Below are positions 51,336-60,564 of a stretch of 64,000 bases of DNA, one piece after another (the stretch's first letter is position 1; every line of letters starts with the position of its first letter). The DNA is from an uncultured cyanobacterium (lineage in GTDB: Bacteria > Cyanobacteriota > Cyanobacteriia > PCC-9006 > JAAUQQ01): the NCBI GenBank assembly GCA_963718615.1, contig OY970368.1:1344001-1408000 (forward strand). Reading direction: 5' to 3'. The notes beneath the pieces were generated by a model, which was not told the DNA's origin, ran no database searches, and worked only from the letters and a program-made list of their open reading frames with translations. Made by a program: the position numbers and the translations under genes.

Positions 51336-51415
51336 GCTCAGGCCAGACACCGGGTGTTTGCGAAAATCCCAAAGCTGTAGCCCAAACCCGACAAAAACAC
51401 CCGGTGTCTCCTCCA
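51336..51415 (+). repeat. 80-bp repeat copy 1 with 15-bp inverted arms (AGACACCGGGTGTTT...AAACACCCGGTGTCT)
   Basis: Arms at 51345-51359 and 51395-51409. A related copy lies at 53144-53223. Confidence 0.85.
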
Positions 51416-51554
51416 AAGAATGGCCCATCGAGTCATAAAAATTAGCGCATGTTCTGGAACGTCTCAGTATTCTCTGTATAAGTAGAAAAGATAATCGATA
51501 CTCAGACAACCTTGCCGGATCCGGAAACCCATAGCGCTCCACCCTCCCAACCTT

Positions 51555-53138
51555 ATGCCTCAAGAATTCACAAAAGGTTCAGCCGCGATCGCGACTGGCA
51601 CCACCACCGCCTGGGGAATTACGAGTACCTTTGGCAATATCGGTGTCGCCGCTGGAGGCACAGCTTTTGGTGTGGGTGCCGTACCGATTATGGGGGCTGG
51701 GGCGATCGCCGGAGTCGCTGCCTACGGGGCCTATCGAGGCTTTTCAGAGAGAGACCCTATCGCCTTAGGTTCCTTGGGTCTTGGGGCCGCCGCCGGAGCC
51801 GGAGTCTCAGCAGGGATTGGTGGCGTAGGCGTCGTGGGGGGCTTAGGGGGATTTGGACTTGGGCTTGGAGCTATGAGTACCCTGGGCGGTGTTGCTGGAT
51901 TAGGGCTTTATGGCATAGCCAAAATGTTAGATTCGGGTTCGAAGGAATCGTCTTTTGCAGCTTTTTCGCGCATGGAAGAGCGGATTGATGAAGACTTGGC
52001 TTATTCCATGGCCTATACCTCTGCTTTAATCGAACTGTTTCTGCCAGAAGACGATATTTTTCGTACGATTTTCGAGTACGATGTCGAAGCCGATTTAGAT
52101 GCACTTAAAGAAGAACTAGCAACAGCGAAAATCTCTGCTTCTCCGTTAGTTTTTTCCGAGCTGAAACCCATAGCGTTAGGGACTGATCTAAGCCAAGCTA
52201 CCTGGCTCAAGCTTCGGCAATTCAAGCCAAGTCAAACCGCAATCAATGACGTTGTCATTTATCATCAAGAATCACGTGTTTTAGTCGCTTGCGAGGATGG
52301 CTCTGTCATTGACTTGAACCTAAGCACGGGTAAGCGACGCTGTACATTCACTTCACCCAAATCGGTTTTAGCGATCGCCCTCAATCCCCATAACAACACT
52401 CTCATCTGCGGGGGACAAGAAAATAGCCTTAGCAATTGGAATTTAGAAACTCAACAGCTCATTGAAATGCCAAAAGCCAGCGAATTAGCACGGGGAGAAG
52501 CTCGGTTTACTTGTGCGCTTGCTTTTGGTCAAACCGGCAAATATTTTGCCAGTGCAGGTACAGATCAAGTGGTCACACTCTGGTGTCCCCATGAACTTTA
52601 CCCGTTGCGCTATCGAACTCGGCGATCGCTCAAGGGTCATCAGAATACCGTCCTTTCTCTTGCCTTCACACCCGATGAAAAAGCACTAGTCAGTGCCAGT
52701 GCAGATGCTACGATTCGCATTTGGGATTTAACCTCCTGGAATGCACCCAAAGTTTTGCTCGGTCATCGAGGTGCCGTTCATTGCATTGCGATTTGTCCTA
52801 CTCATCTCCTTCTTGTCAGTGCCGGTCAGGATGCCACACTGCGGTTTTGGGATTTGGAAACGGGAGAACTTTTAAAGACGATTCAAGCCCATGAACAAGC
52901 CATTCGATTTTTAGCTTTCAGCCCGGACGGATCGCGTTTGGTTAGCAGCGGCAACGACAACTTAACCAAGATTTGGCAGGTTGACGATCAAGAAATTTGT
53001 GGCGAGTCTCGGGAGATTATCGTCACTCGACAGGCTACGTTGACAGGCTCTGGACCGGTGGCGTTTTATGGCTCGGGAAGGATCTTAGTCCAGGGCGATC
53101 GCGCTGGCAAAATCACCCTTTGGCAGCTTCATTGGTAA
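51555..53138 (+). CDS. WD40 repeat protein with duplicated Gly/Ala-rich hydrophobic N-terminus
   Basis: GH..V.SLAF.PD..LVSASAD.TIRIWD repeats. Residues 1-125 are two Gly-zipper-like units. Confidence 0.88.
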   Translation: MPQEFTKGSAAIATGTTTAWGITSTFGNIGVAAGGTAFGVGAVPIMGAGAIAGVAAYGAYRGFSERDPIALGSLGLGAAAGAGVSAGIGGVGVVGGLGGFGLGLGAMSTLGGVAGLGLYGIAKMLDSGSKESSFAAFSRMEERIDEDLAYSMAYTSALIELFLPEDDIFRTIFEYDVEADLDALKEELATAKISASPLVFSELKPIALGTDLSQATWLKLRQFKPSQTAINDVVIYHQESRVLVACEDGSVIDLNLSTGKRRCTFTSPKSVLAIALNPHNNTLICGGQENSLSNWNLETQQLIEMPKASELARGEARFTCALAFGQTGKYFASAGTDQVVTLWCPHELYPLRYRTRRSLKGHQNTVLSLAFTPDEKALVSASADATIRIWDLTSWNAPKVLLGHRGAVHCIAICPTHLLLVSAGQDATLRFWDLETGELLKTIQAHEQAIRFLAFSPDGSRLVSSGNDNLTKIWQVDDQEICGESREIIVTRQATLTGSGPVAFYGSGRILVQGDRAGKITLWQLHW

Positions 53139-53143
53139 TTCCA

Positions 53144-53223
53144 GCTCAGGCTAGGTACCGGGTGTTTGCAAAAATCCCGAAACCACCCCCCCATCCGACA
53201 AACACAATCGATGTCTTCCTCCA
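53144..53223 (+). repeat. 80-bp repeat copy 2 (direct, degenerate)
   Basis: gctcaggctaggtaccgggtgtttgcaaaaatccc...ccgacaaacacaatcgatgtcttcctcca aligns with copy 1. Confidence 0.8.
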
Positions 53224-53329
53224 TCATCTTGAAAAATCCCTTGCAAGATTCCATCCTGGGGGAGAGAGATTTGAACCTAGAACCCAGTAGGTTAAGGTGA
53301 ATCTTTCGCAGACCCCGTTGAGGTCATCT

Positions 53330-55414
53330 ATGGAATCGATCTCAGAAACGCTGAGAGAACCAGTTGTTAGCTTTGTACTCCTTCTATCAGTTGTTTTTGT
53401 CATTCCACCAATCTTTGAACGGCTACGGGTGCCTGGATTGGTTGGTCTGCTGGTTGCTGGTGTTTGTTTGGGTAGTAGCGGTTTGGGTTGGCTCAATAGC
53501 GACTCAGATACAATGAAACTGCTGTCAGATATTGGCAAGATTTATTTGATGTTTATTGCGGGTTTGGAAGTTGACCTTGCTCAATTTCAACAAACCCGCA
53601 ATCGATCACTCGGCTTTGGTGGTTTTACGTTTTTGCTACCGCTATTAGGGGGAATTGGTGTCGGTCGACTGTTTGGATTTGATTGGAATGCCGCCTTTCT
53701 GATAGGTTCGCTGCTTGCGTCCCATACCCTGTTGGCCTATCCGATTTTACGACGATTGGGCGTTGTAGGGGATGAATCGGTTACCGTCACCGTGGGTGCG
53801 ACGATTTTTACGGATATTGGCTCACTGGTGATTCTGGCGGTGTGTCTTGGTGTGCAATCAGGGGAATTTTCGCTCGCAAAACTAGCCATTTTGTTGGGAT
53901 CTCTTGCCATCTATTCTTTTCTAATTCTCTGGGGAATTGTTCGCCTAGGAAACATCGTTTTACCCCACTTCAAGGGCGATGAAACCAATCAGTTTCTGTT
54001 CGTACTTTGTGCGGTTTTTCTGGCTGCGGTGGGAGCACAGTTGATCGGGGTTGAGAAAATTGTGGGGGCATTTTTGGCGGGGTTGGCGGTGAATCAGGCG
54101 TTGGGGCGATCGCCCGTCAAAGAAAAAGTAGAATTCATCGGCATGGCACTGTTTGTCCCGATCTTTTTCATTGATATGGGTCTGTTGTTAGATCTGAATG
54201 CCTTTGAGGATTTGTTGGGAGCGATTGGGTTGCCCTTGGCGGTTTTGGGTTGTTTATTCTTAACCAAGTTTGCCGCAGTTTTAATTGCGAAAATGCTTTA
54301 CCATTACAATTGGTTGCAAGCGATGCTTATGTGGTCGCTGTCATTACCTCAGGTGGCGGCAACCTTAGCAGCAGCATTGATTGGTTATCAGGCAGAGATT
54401 ATCAATGAAAATGTCTTTAATAGCGTCATCTTATTGATGCTAGTCACCGCCGTGGTTGGACCGTTGCTTACAGCTCAGTTTGGGGCTCGGCTGGCCACAG
54501 AAACAGCGTTGGCTGCCACTGAAACCCTACCTCCCGACTGGCTGGCTCCCGATTCTGCCGAAGTACTACCAACGCAAACGAAAGCTTTTTCCGTGGTGGT
54601 TCCGGTTTACAATCCCAAAACCGAGGGACATCTGGTGAAATTAGCGGCACTCCTGGCGGATCATGAGGCAGGTCGAGTGATTCCCCTGACAGTAGTCCAG
54701 GCTCAGGCGCGACTCGATACGCCCCAGATCGAACGCAGTCTTCAGCACAGTCAACAGTTGCTCGGGCAAGCAGAACTGATTTGTGAGGAGCTGGATGTGG
54801 AAGTTAAGCCAACCCTTCGCATTGAGCCCAATATTGGTTTTGCCATCAGCCATGTGAGTCGTGAAGTGGATGCAAGTTTGATTGTGTTGGGCATGACGCC
54901 CCCGTCGCAACGGCGATCTTCGCGTTTGTTTTCTTCCGTTACCGATGCAGTTTTGCGATCGGCCCATTGTTCCGTCGCCATTAGCGCACTCACCGAGTCT
55001 CCCCAATCGTTCAAGCGCATCCTAGTGCCCCTGTCCAACTTCTCGCCCGCTGCCCTGCGTCCTCTGCGCTTAGCCCTTATCCTGGGTGAACAAAACGCCG
55101 CCCAGGTCACATTGCTCCATGTGTGCAATCCGAATTTTCCTAAGGAACAAGTAGTACGGTTGCGACAGCATCTAGAAAACCGGATGGCGCAACTCTCGAC
55201 CAAGGCTTCCAAAATCAATCAAGTCGAAGTGATTCCCAGCCGCAATGTCGTCGAGACCATCAACCGCGTAGCGCGAGAGCACGATCTGCTAATCCTACAG
55301 ACTTACCGACAACGGGCGGGAATGAATAGCCTCGTCCTCGGCAGTCGCACCACGCCGATTGTGCAGCGGGCTAGGGGCTCGATGATTTTGCTGGGCGAAC
55401 CCCAGGCGGATTAG
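53330..55414 (+). CDS. Cation:proton antiporter (CPA2) with C-terminal universal-stress-protein domains
   Basis: LMFIAGLEVD, SHTLLAYP, IFTDI, GAFLAGL, PIFFIDMG. USP-like VVVPVYNP and RILVPL. Confidence 0.9.
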   Translation: MESISETLREPVVSFVLLLSVVFVIPPIFERLRVPGLVGLLVAGVCLGSSGLGWLNSDSDTMKLLSDIGKIYLMFIAGLEVDLAQFQQTRNRSLGFGGFTFLLPLLGGIGVGRLFGFDWNAAFLIGSLLASHTLLAYPILRRLGVVGDESVTVTVGATIFTDIGSLVILAVCLGVQSGEFSLAKLAILLGSLAIYSFLILWGIVRLGNIVLPHFKGDETNQFLFVLCAVFLAAVGAQLIGVEKIVGAFLAGLAVNQALGRSPVKEKVEFIGMALFVPIFFIDMGLLLDLNAFEDLLGAIGLPLAVLGCLFLTKFAAVLIAKMLYHYNWLQAMLMWSLSLPQVAATLAAALIGYQAEIINENVFNSVILLMLVTAVVGPLLTAQFGARLATETALAATETLPPDWLAPDSAEVLPTQTKAFSVVVPVYNPKTEGHLVKLAALLADHEAGRVIPLTVVQAQARLDTPQIERSLQHSQQLLGQAELICEELDVEVKPTLRIEPNIGFAISHVSREVDASLIVLGMTPPSQRRSSRLFSSVTDAVLRSAHCSVAISALTESPQSFKRILVPLSNFSPAALRPLRLALILGEQNAAQVTLLHVCNPNFPKEQVVRLRQHLENRMAQLSTKASKINQVEVIPSRNVVETINRVAREHDLLILQTYRQRAGMNSLVLGSRTTPIVQRARGSMILLGEPQAD

Positions 55415-57761
55415 TCCCGTTTGGATGAGCGGCATTTGGCTGAGTTGTGCTGACAAAGCCTCGCCGCTGACCATTCCGGGCAACTGGCTCCACTCGGAAC
55501 GTGACGCGATCGCTCCCTCCCTCTCCCCGAGCCTCCAACACCCAATCACCGACCTGAGGGGTCCATAGAATCATCGTGGCTGTTTCGGCCGTGCTGGCCT
55601 TTTGTAACGGCTGACCGTTGAGAAACCAGGTGACCGGGCGATCGCTCCGATTCAACAGTTCAAAACGCAACTTCTGGGGATTTTTAGGATCGAGATGGGC
55701 TGAATCAAGATTGGCTCTATCGAGGAGGAAGCGATCGCCCATGCGGGGAAACGTAATCTGAACGGATTTTTCGAAGGGGTTTTGAGCTTGAGTTTGGTTT
55801 TGGGTTTGGGTTTTAATGGCTAGAGGAGGGGCGATCGTAGCCTTCTCAAGGCTGTTCTGCTGGGGATACTGCGGATCCATAAATTCCAACACCACCGTTT
55901 GGCAATCCGCCTGGGGTGGCAGTCCCGTTGTGGCACAAACTTTTTCCTGGGGCCAGGCAGGTTTGGGGAATGGTTTAGGTTCTTGTCTTTCATGCAAATG
56001 CAACATGATCCGATGCCACAGCGGGGCTGCACCAGTTACGCCAGAAACGTTTTGCATCGCGCTGCCATCAAAGTTGCCGACCCAGGTGGCGACAGTGTAA
56101 TCGGTTGTATAGCCGACGGTCCAGGTGTCGCGATAGCCCGAGGAGGTCCCGGTTTTGACGGCAGCGGGGAAGGGGAGAGCTAGAGCGGAGTCGATGCCAA
56201 ATTCGCGGGCGCGGGCGTGGGGGTCGGAGAGGATGTGAGTGATGTAGCGGGCGGTTTGGGGATTCAGGGGTGAGGATGGGGCCAGCGTCGATTGGGCGAG
56301 GGTTTGGTAGGCGTGGGCCAGTTCCCAGAGGCTGACTTCGCCGCTGCCGAGGGCGAGCCCAAGGCCATAGTGGTCAGGGGGATGGGTGAGGTGTCGGAAA
56401 CCGAGGGATTGCAGTTGCTCTAAAAACACAGGCACGGTAACCTGTTCGAGGGTTTTGACGGCGGGGATGTTGAGGGAATTGCCGAGGGCGAGGCGCAGCC
56501 GAATGGGGCCGAGAAAACGATTGCTATAATCCACAGGACTATACAACTGGGCACCGGGAATGGCGTAGTAAACGGGACTGTCGTTGAGAATGCTGTTGGG
56601 TTGGAGTTTGCCGGTGTCGAGGGCGAGTTGGTAGAGGAAGGGTTTGAGGGTAGAGCCCGGTTGACGCAGGGCTTGAACACCGTCGTTGCGGCCCTGGCGA
56701 TCGCCCCAATAACGGGGTGAGCCCACATAGGCTAGGACTTCTCCGTTGTGATTGTCGAGGACGAGTGCTGCGGCCTGGTTGACATTGTGGGGGGCGAGGC
56801 TGGCGACGAGTTGACGGACTTGGGCGCTGACAAATTCCTGGAGGGGGCGATCCAGGGTGGTGGCGATCGGTCCAGTAATGGGAGCTTGGGGGAAGTTCCC
56901 TTGTCGTTGTTCGGCTAGCCAAAACAGATAGTGGGGTGCAATCAGCGGGTCGTCTTCGGGGAGACGCACGAATAAATCTTCAGCAGCGGCTTGGTGGGAT
57001 TGGGCGGGGCTGATGTTTCCCTCGGCGACCAGGCGCTGGAGAATATAGCGCTGGCGCTGGCGCAGACCGGGGCGATTGGCGTAGGGATTGAGATGGACGG
57101 GATCGTTGGGTAAGGCTGCGAGCAAGGTCGCCTGGGCTAAGGTCAAATCAGCAGCGGGGGTGTTGAAGTAATAGCGCGCCCCTGCTTCGATGCCATAGAG
57201 ATTGCCCCCCAGGGGCAGCCGGTTGAGGTAGGCGGCCAAAATTTCGGCTTTGCTCATACCGGCTTCCAATCGCCAAGCCTGCCAAATTTCCTGGGTTTTG
57301 GACCAAAGCGTACGGGGTTTTGGGTCCAGCATCCGTGCCAACTGCATCGAAATCGTCGAAGCTCCGCTGACAATCTGTCGCCTCTGAACCGCTTGGCCCA
57401 CTGCCCGCCCCAAGGCCCAAAGGTCAACCCCGTGGTGTTGATAAAACCGCTGGTCCTCGGCGGCAATGAGTGCAGCCGTCAGATGGGGCGAAATTTTTTC
57501 GAGGGGGACAACCTGGGTATGGTCCTGGTCCTGACTCAGAAGCGTGCCGAGGGGGAGACCGTTGCGATCGCGAAAACTTAAAGCCTGATCCTGCTGGGCG
57601 ATCGCCTCAGCCCGAATCGGAGCACCATAGGGCAACCCACGAATACCGACTAAACCTACACTAATCCAGAGCGGCAGCATTGCCTTTCCCATCCAGGGTT
57701 TCAGCACCAGCGGCACCTTGAATACCCCCGTCCAACGAGCAAAAGGTGAAGGCAAGATCAT
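55371..57761 (-). CDS. pbpC: Penicillin-binding protein 1C (start uncertain)
   Basis: Transglycosylase EDQRFYQHHGVD, GASTISMQLAR. Transpeptidase PGSTLKPF, SLN, KTGTS. C-terminal BiPBP_C-like domain. Confidence 0.9.
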   Translation of the reverse strand: MILPSPFARWTGVFKVPLVLKPWMGKAMLPLWISVGLVGIRGLPYGAPIRAEAIAQQDQALSFRDRNGLPLGTLLSQDQDHTQVVPLEKISPHLTAALIAAEDQRFYQHHGVDLWALGRAVGQAVQRRQIVSGASTISMQLARMLDPKPRTLWSKTQEIWQAWRLEAGMSKAEILAAYLNRLPLGGNLYGIEAGARYYFNTPAADLTLAQATLLAALPNDPVHLNPYANRPGLRQRQRYILQRLVAEGNISPAQSHQAAAEDLFVRLPEDDPLIAPHYLFWLAEQRQGNFPQAPITGPIATTLDRPLQEFVSAQVRQLVASLAPHNVNQAAALVLDNHNGEVLAYVGSPRYWGDRQGRNDGVQALRQPGSTLKPFLYQLALDTGKLQPNSILNDSPVYYAIPGAQLYSPVDYSNRFLGPIRLRLALGNSLNIPAVKTLEQVTVPVFLEQLQSLGFRHLTHPPDHYGLGLALGSGEVSLWELAHAYQTLAQSTLAPSSPLNPQTARYITHILSDPHARAREFGIDSALALPFPAAVKTGTSSGYRDTWTVGYTTDYTVATWVGNFDGSAMQNVSGVTGAAPLWHRIMLHLHERQEPKPFPKPAWPQEKVCATTGLPPQADCQTVVLEFMDPQYPQQNSLEKATIAPPLAIKTQTQNQTQAQNPFEKSVQITFPRMGDRFLLDRANLDSAHLDPKNPQKLRFELLNRSDRPVTWFLNGQPLQKASTAETATMILWTPQVGDWVLEARGEGGSDRVTFRVEPVARNGQRRGFVSTTQPNAAHPNGTNPPGVRPAKSSSP

Positions 57762-58198
57762 GTGAGGGATCCCTGAGCATTTGCTCCATCCTAGCCAGCC
57801 CCTGAGAAGGACGTCAGGCATAATTGCCCATTTCGTTACAAAGCCCCTGACCCAGCTCACATTACGAAACAAAACGAGGTGCCTGCTGTCGTAAGCACCC
57901 CTACGAAGGAGGGTATAGGCAGCCCCTTCTAGTTTTGGGCCTGAATCGACGATGATTAGCTCGGCTAATTTTCAGCGGATTTGCGTATCCTTTTTAGCAA
58001 ATTGCGAAAAATCAAGCGCTGAATTTCGGAAATAACATGGGAAAGTCATCCAGGAATCTGCTAATTTTCCCTTATAAGGATAAATTTTTTAAAGTCTTAA
58101 GATTACGGTCTTTAGATGGGGGTGTATGGCACCGGGGAAACGGGATCTCCGGGGTATAGGCTTGTACTGGCCTGAAAGGTTGGCCTGGAGGTGTTTTT

Positions 58199-58612
58199 AT
58201 GACGTTTATCCCCGCTGTTTTCACTCAAGTCTCAGACGAAACTCCAATGGTATTGGCCCTAAGGCAGCGGATTTTTGCGATCGCCACCTTCGATGCCAAC
58301 GGAATCCTAGAGCGGTGCGCCCTGGGGAAAGAGCGAAACAATCCCGTTTGGACCGAAGTGATTTTTTCGGCCATTGGACTCAAGGGGTTGCTCGATGCCT
58401 CGCTCGAACATCAGCCCTTTCACCATGCCAAGATCGATGGTGGCCATCAAGTCGCCCTGCTGATCCGTCGTCGTCGTCGCTACGTTGCGGCTCTGATGGC
58501 ACGACCGGCCTCCAGCGCCGAGGAGGAGGCAATGTGTCGATACTTACAGGAGACTCGCCTTGGTGATCTCTTTGCCCTTGTAGAACCCGAACCAACGCTC
58601 ATGGCCGGTTAA
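58199..58612 (+). CDS. Hypothetical protein, possibly roadblock/longin-like fold
   Basis: GGAGG RBS. Strand-strand-helix-strands pattern (IFAIATFDANG..WTEVIFSAIGL..VALLIRR..YVAALM). Confidence 0.55.
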   Translation: MTFIPAVFTQVSDETPMVLALRQRIFAIATFDANGILERCALGKERNNPVWTEVIFSAIGLKGLLDASLEHQPFHHAKIDGGHQVALLIRRRRRYVAALMARPASSAEEEAMCRYLQETRLGDLFALVEPEPTLMAG

Positions 58613-59766
58613 TAATCCACCCCCCGTTTGAGGTCAACGCCTCGCTCCGCATAGTGCTTGTGGCAGACCATTTCTGAATGCACCGTGGCCAGGTTGAAAT
58701 AGGCCGGGATTTGCTGACAGCGACCGGTAATGATCACCTCGGTTTCACGCGGTTTGCGCAGCAGGGCGTGGACGATGGGCTCTTGGGGCAACAGTTCTAA
58801 ATCCACGGTGGGGTTGAGTTCATCGAGGATGATGGTTTTGTAGAGCCCGGAGGCGATCGCCGTCTTGGCAATTTCCCAGCCCCGCTCCGCTTCCACATAG
58901 TCAATGGTTTGCTGCTGTCCCCGCCAGACGATGGCATCTCGCCCCGAGCGCTGATGGTCCACGAGATTGGGATAACTCTGCTGGAGGGCGGCGATCGCTC
59001 CATCCTCCGTATAGCCGCTGCCCCCCTTGAGCCACTGCAAAATCAGCACCCGGTGGGATTTGTCCTGACTAATGCCTCGGCCAATGGCCTGGAGCGCTTT
59101 GCCCAGGGCGCTGGTGGATTTGCCCTTGCCCTCCCCCGTATAGATTTCGATGCCGCCGACGTTGCCCGTCTGGGCCATTTGCGCCGCCAACCGCTGGGCC
59201 GCCTCGTGGTAGTGGGGACGCATTTCAGAATGTAGGTCTGCGATGTCCAGGAGTTGGGGCGGGGCTCCCCGTCCGGTGGCAATGATTTCTAAATGTTCGG
59301 GTTTTTGCTTGAGCGTCCGCACCACGTCAGACACCGGCAAAAGCCCTAGGTCCAATACCGGATTGAGTTCATCCAAAACCACCACTGAGTAGAGCCCTGA
59401 GGCGATCGCCCCCTTGGCCACATCCCAACCCCGCTGGGCTTCCCGCCGGTCGTAGCGCGTAATTTCATCCGCGCCAAAAAACTCCGCCCGTCCGGTGCGT
59501 ACCTGGTCAATCAAATGGGGAAAGCCTTTCTGAAGCGCCGCGATCGCCGCATCTTCATCGTAGGTTCGTTCTGGTCCCTTCAAAAACCGCAGCAGCAACA
59601 CCCTGGTCTGCCAGTTGGTTTTGATACCATAGCCAATCGAGCGCAGCACCACCCCCAGCGCCGCCTGGGACTTGCCCTTGCCCGCCCCATCGTAGACATG
59701 GATTTGGCCAACAGCTCGCCCTGAGGTCTGCTGTGCAGTGCGAATTCCAATTCCCACCCGGACCAT
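58609..59766 (-). CDS. cobA: Cob(I)yrinic acid a,c-diamide adenosyltransferase, tandem-duplicated domain
   Basis: Two P-loops (YDGAGKGKS, YTGEGKGKS), two LDELNP, two TGR, ends RGVDY. Also called BtuR/CobO. Confidence 0.9.
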   Translation of the reverse strand: MVRVGIGIRTAQQTSGRAVGQIHVYDGAGKGKSQAALGVVLRSIGYGIKTNWQTRVLLLRFLKGPERTYDEDAAIAALQKGFPHLIDQVRTGRAEFFGADEITRYDRREAQRGWDVAKGAIASGLYSVVVLDELNPVLDLGLLPVSDVVRTLKQKPEHLEIIATGRGAPPQLLDIADLHSEMRPHYHEAAQRLAAQMAQTGNVGGIEIYTGEGKGKSTSALGKALQAIGRGISQDKSHRVLILQWLKGGSGYTEDGAIAALQQSYPNLVDHQRSGRDAIVWRGQQQTIDYVEAERGWEIAKTAIASGLYKTIILDELNPTVDLELLPQEPIVHALLRKPRETEVIITGRCQQIPAYFNLATVHSEMVCHKHYAERGVDLKRGVDY

Positions 59767-59945
59767 GGCTGTTTCCTCGTTTGCTCTGTCTCGTTTGATC
59801 TGTATTGTCTGTATTGATTGACTGTATCGGATTTAGGGAAGCGACAAGAGGGAGTAGGCAGTCCTGCCGAGAGGCACTACAATGCAGGCGATCCGAGCCT
59901 GTTCCCTAAACAGGCCATTCCGCAGGCAACCGAGGAGCGAGACCG

Positions 59946-60494
59946 ATGGAGGAGCTTCAAACTTTAATCCTGCCCTTTCGAACCATGGTTTTGCAGGGGT
60001 TATTGCTGATCGTGGCGACGGCGATCGAAGCCGCTGTGATTCACAATCGCTTGGGCATTAGCAAACGAGGCAGTGTGCAGTATGCCTTGGCCCTCAACCT
60101 CACCTCCACCGTCATTGGCTGGACCTTATTGTTTACCTTAGAACCCTTTTTGTCGGAGCCTTGGCGACTCAATCTGATGAGCTATGTGTTGTTCAATCGC
60201 AGCTTTGGCCCTGTCTCTTCTGCTTCAACCCTGATGGTGGTGGGATTATTTGGGATGTATCTCGGGACTTTCTTGATTGAAACCCAGGCCATGAATATTT
60301 TGCTGCGAATCTGGGCTCCCCCCATTCCTCGGCAGGAATATGATACCTCTGAGGTGAAATATAACCGCACCCAGCGCTATAAAAGCTCCTGGACTGCCCG
60401 CTTTCGGTCTAATGCACTGCTGCGGGCCAATGCCATCAGCTATACCGCCATTTTGGTACTGCTATTCGTGCTCCAGCGCGCTCGCTTTATCTAG
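59946..60494 (+). CDS. fraC: Filament integrity protein FraC
   Basis: LPFR...Q.LL.VA.AIEA, SVQYA..LNL.STVIGW, LL.ANA.SY. First gene of the fraCDE arrangement. Confidence 0.8.
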   Translation: MEELQTLILPFRTMVLQGLLLIVATAIEAAVIHNRLGISKRGSVQYALALNLTSTVIGWTLLFTLEPFLSEPWRLNLMSYVLFNRSFGPVSSASTLMVVGLFGMYLGTFLIETQAMNILLRIWAPPIPRQEYDTSEVKYNRTQRYKSSWTARFRSNALLRANAISYTAILVLLFVLQRARFI

Positions 60495-60564
60495 GACTCG
60501 CTTTCTCTAGGAATAGGGCAATGCCCTCTCTTCCCAGGACCCTTCTTCTAACCGATCCAAATCC

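Noticed and set aside
50481-51563. 360-aa antisense ORF
   Set aside because: Shadow frame of argZ. The many other overlapping short ORFs in the track were rejected for the same reason.
57885-57925. Stem-loop upstream of pbpC as a possible riboswitch
   Set aside because: No match to riboswitch consensus sequences I can recognise; an Rfam scan would be needed.
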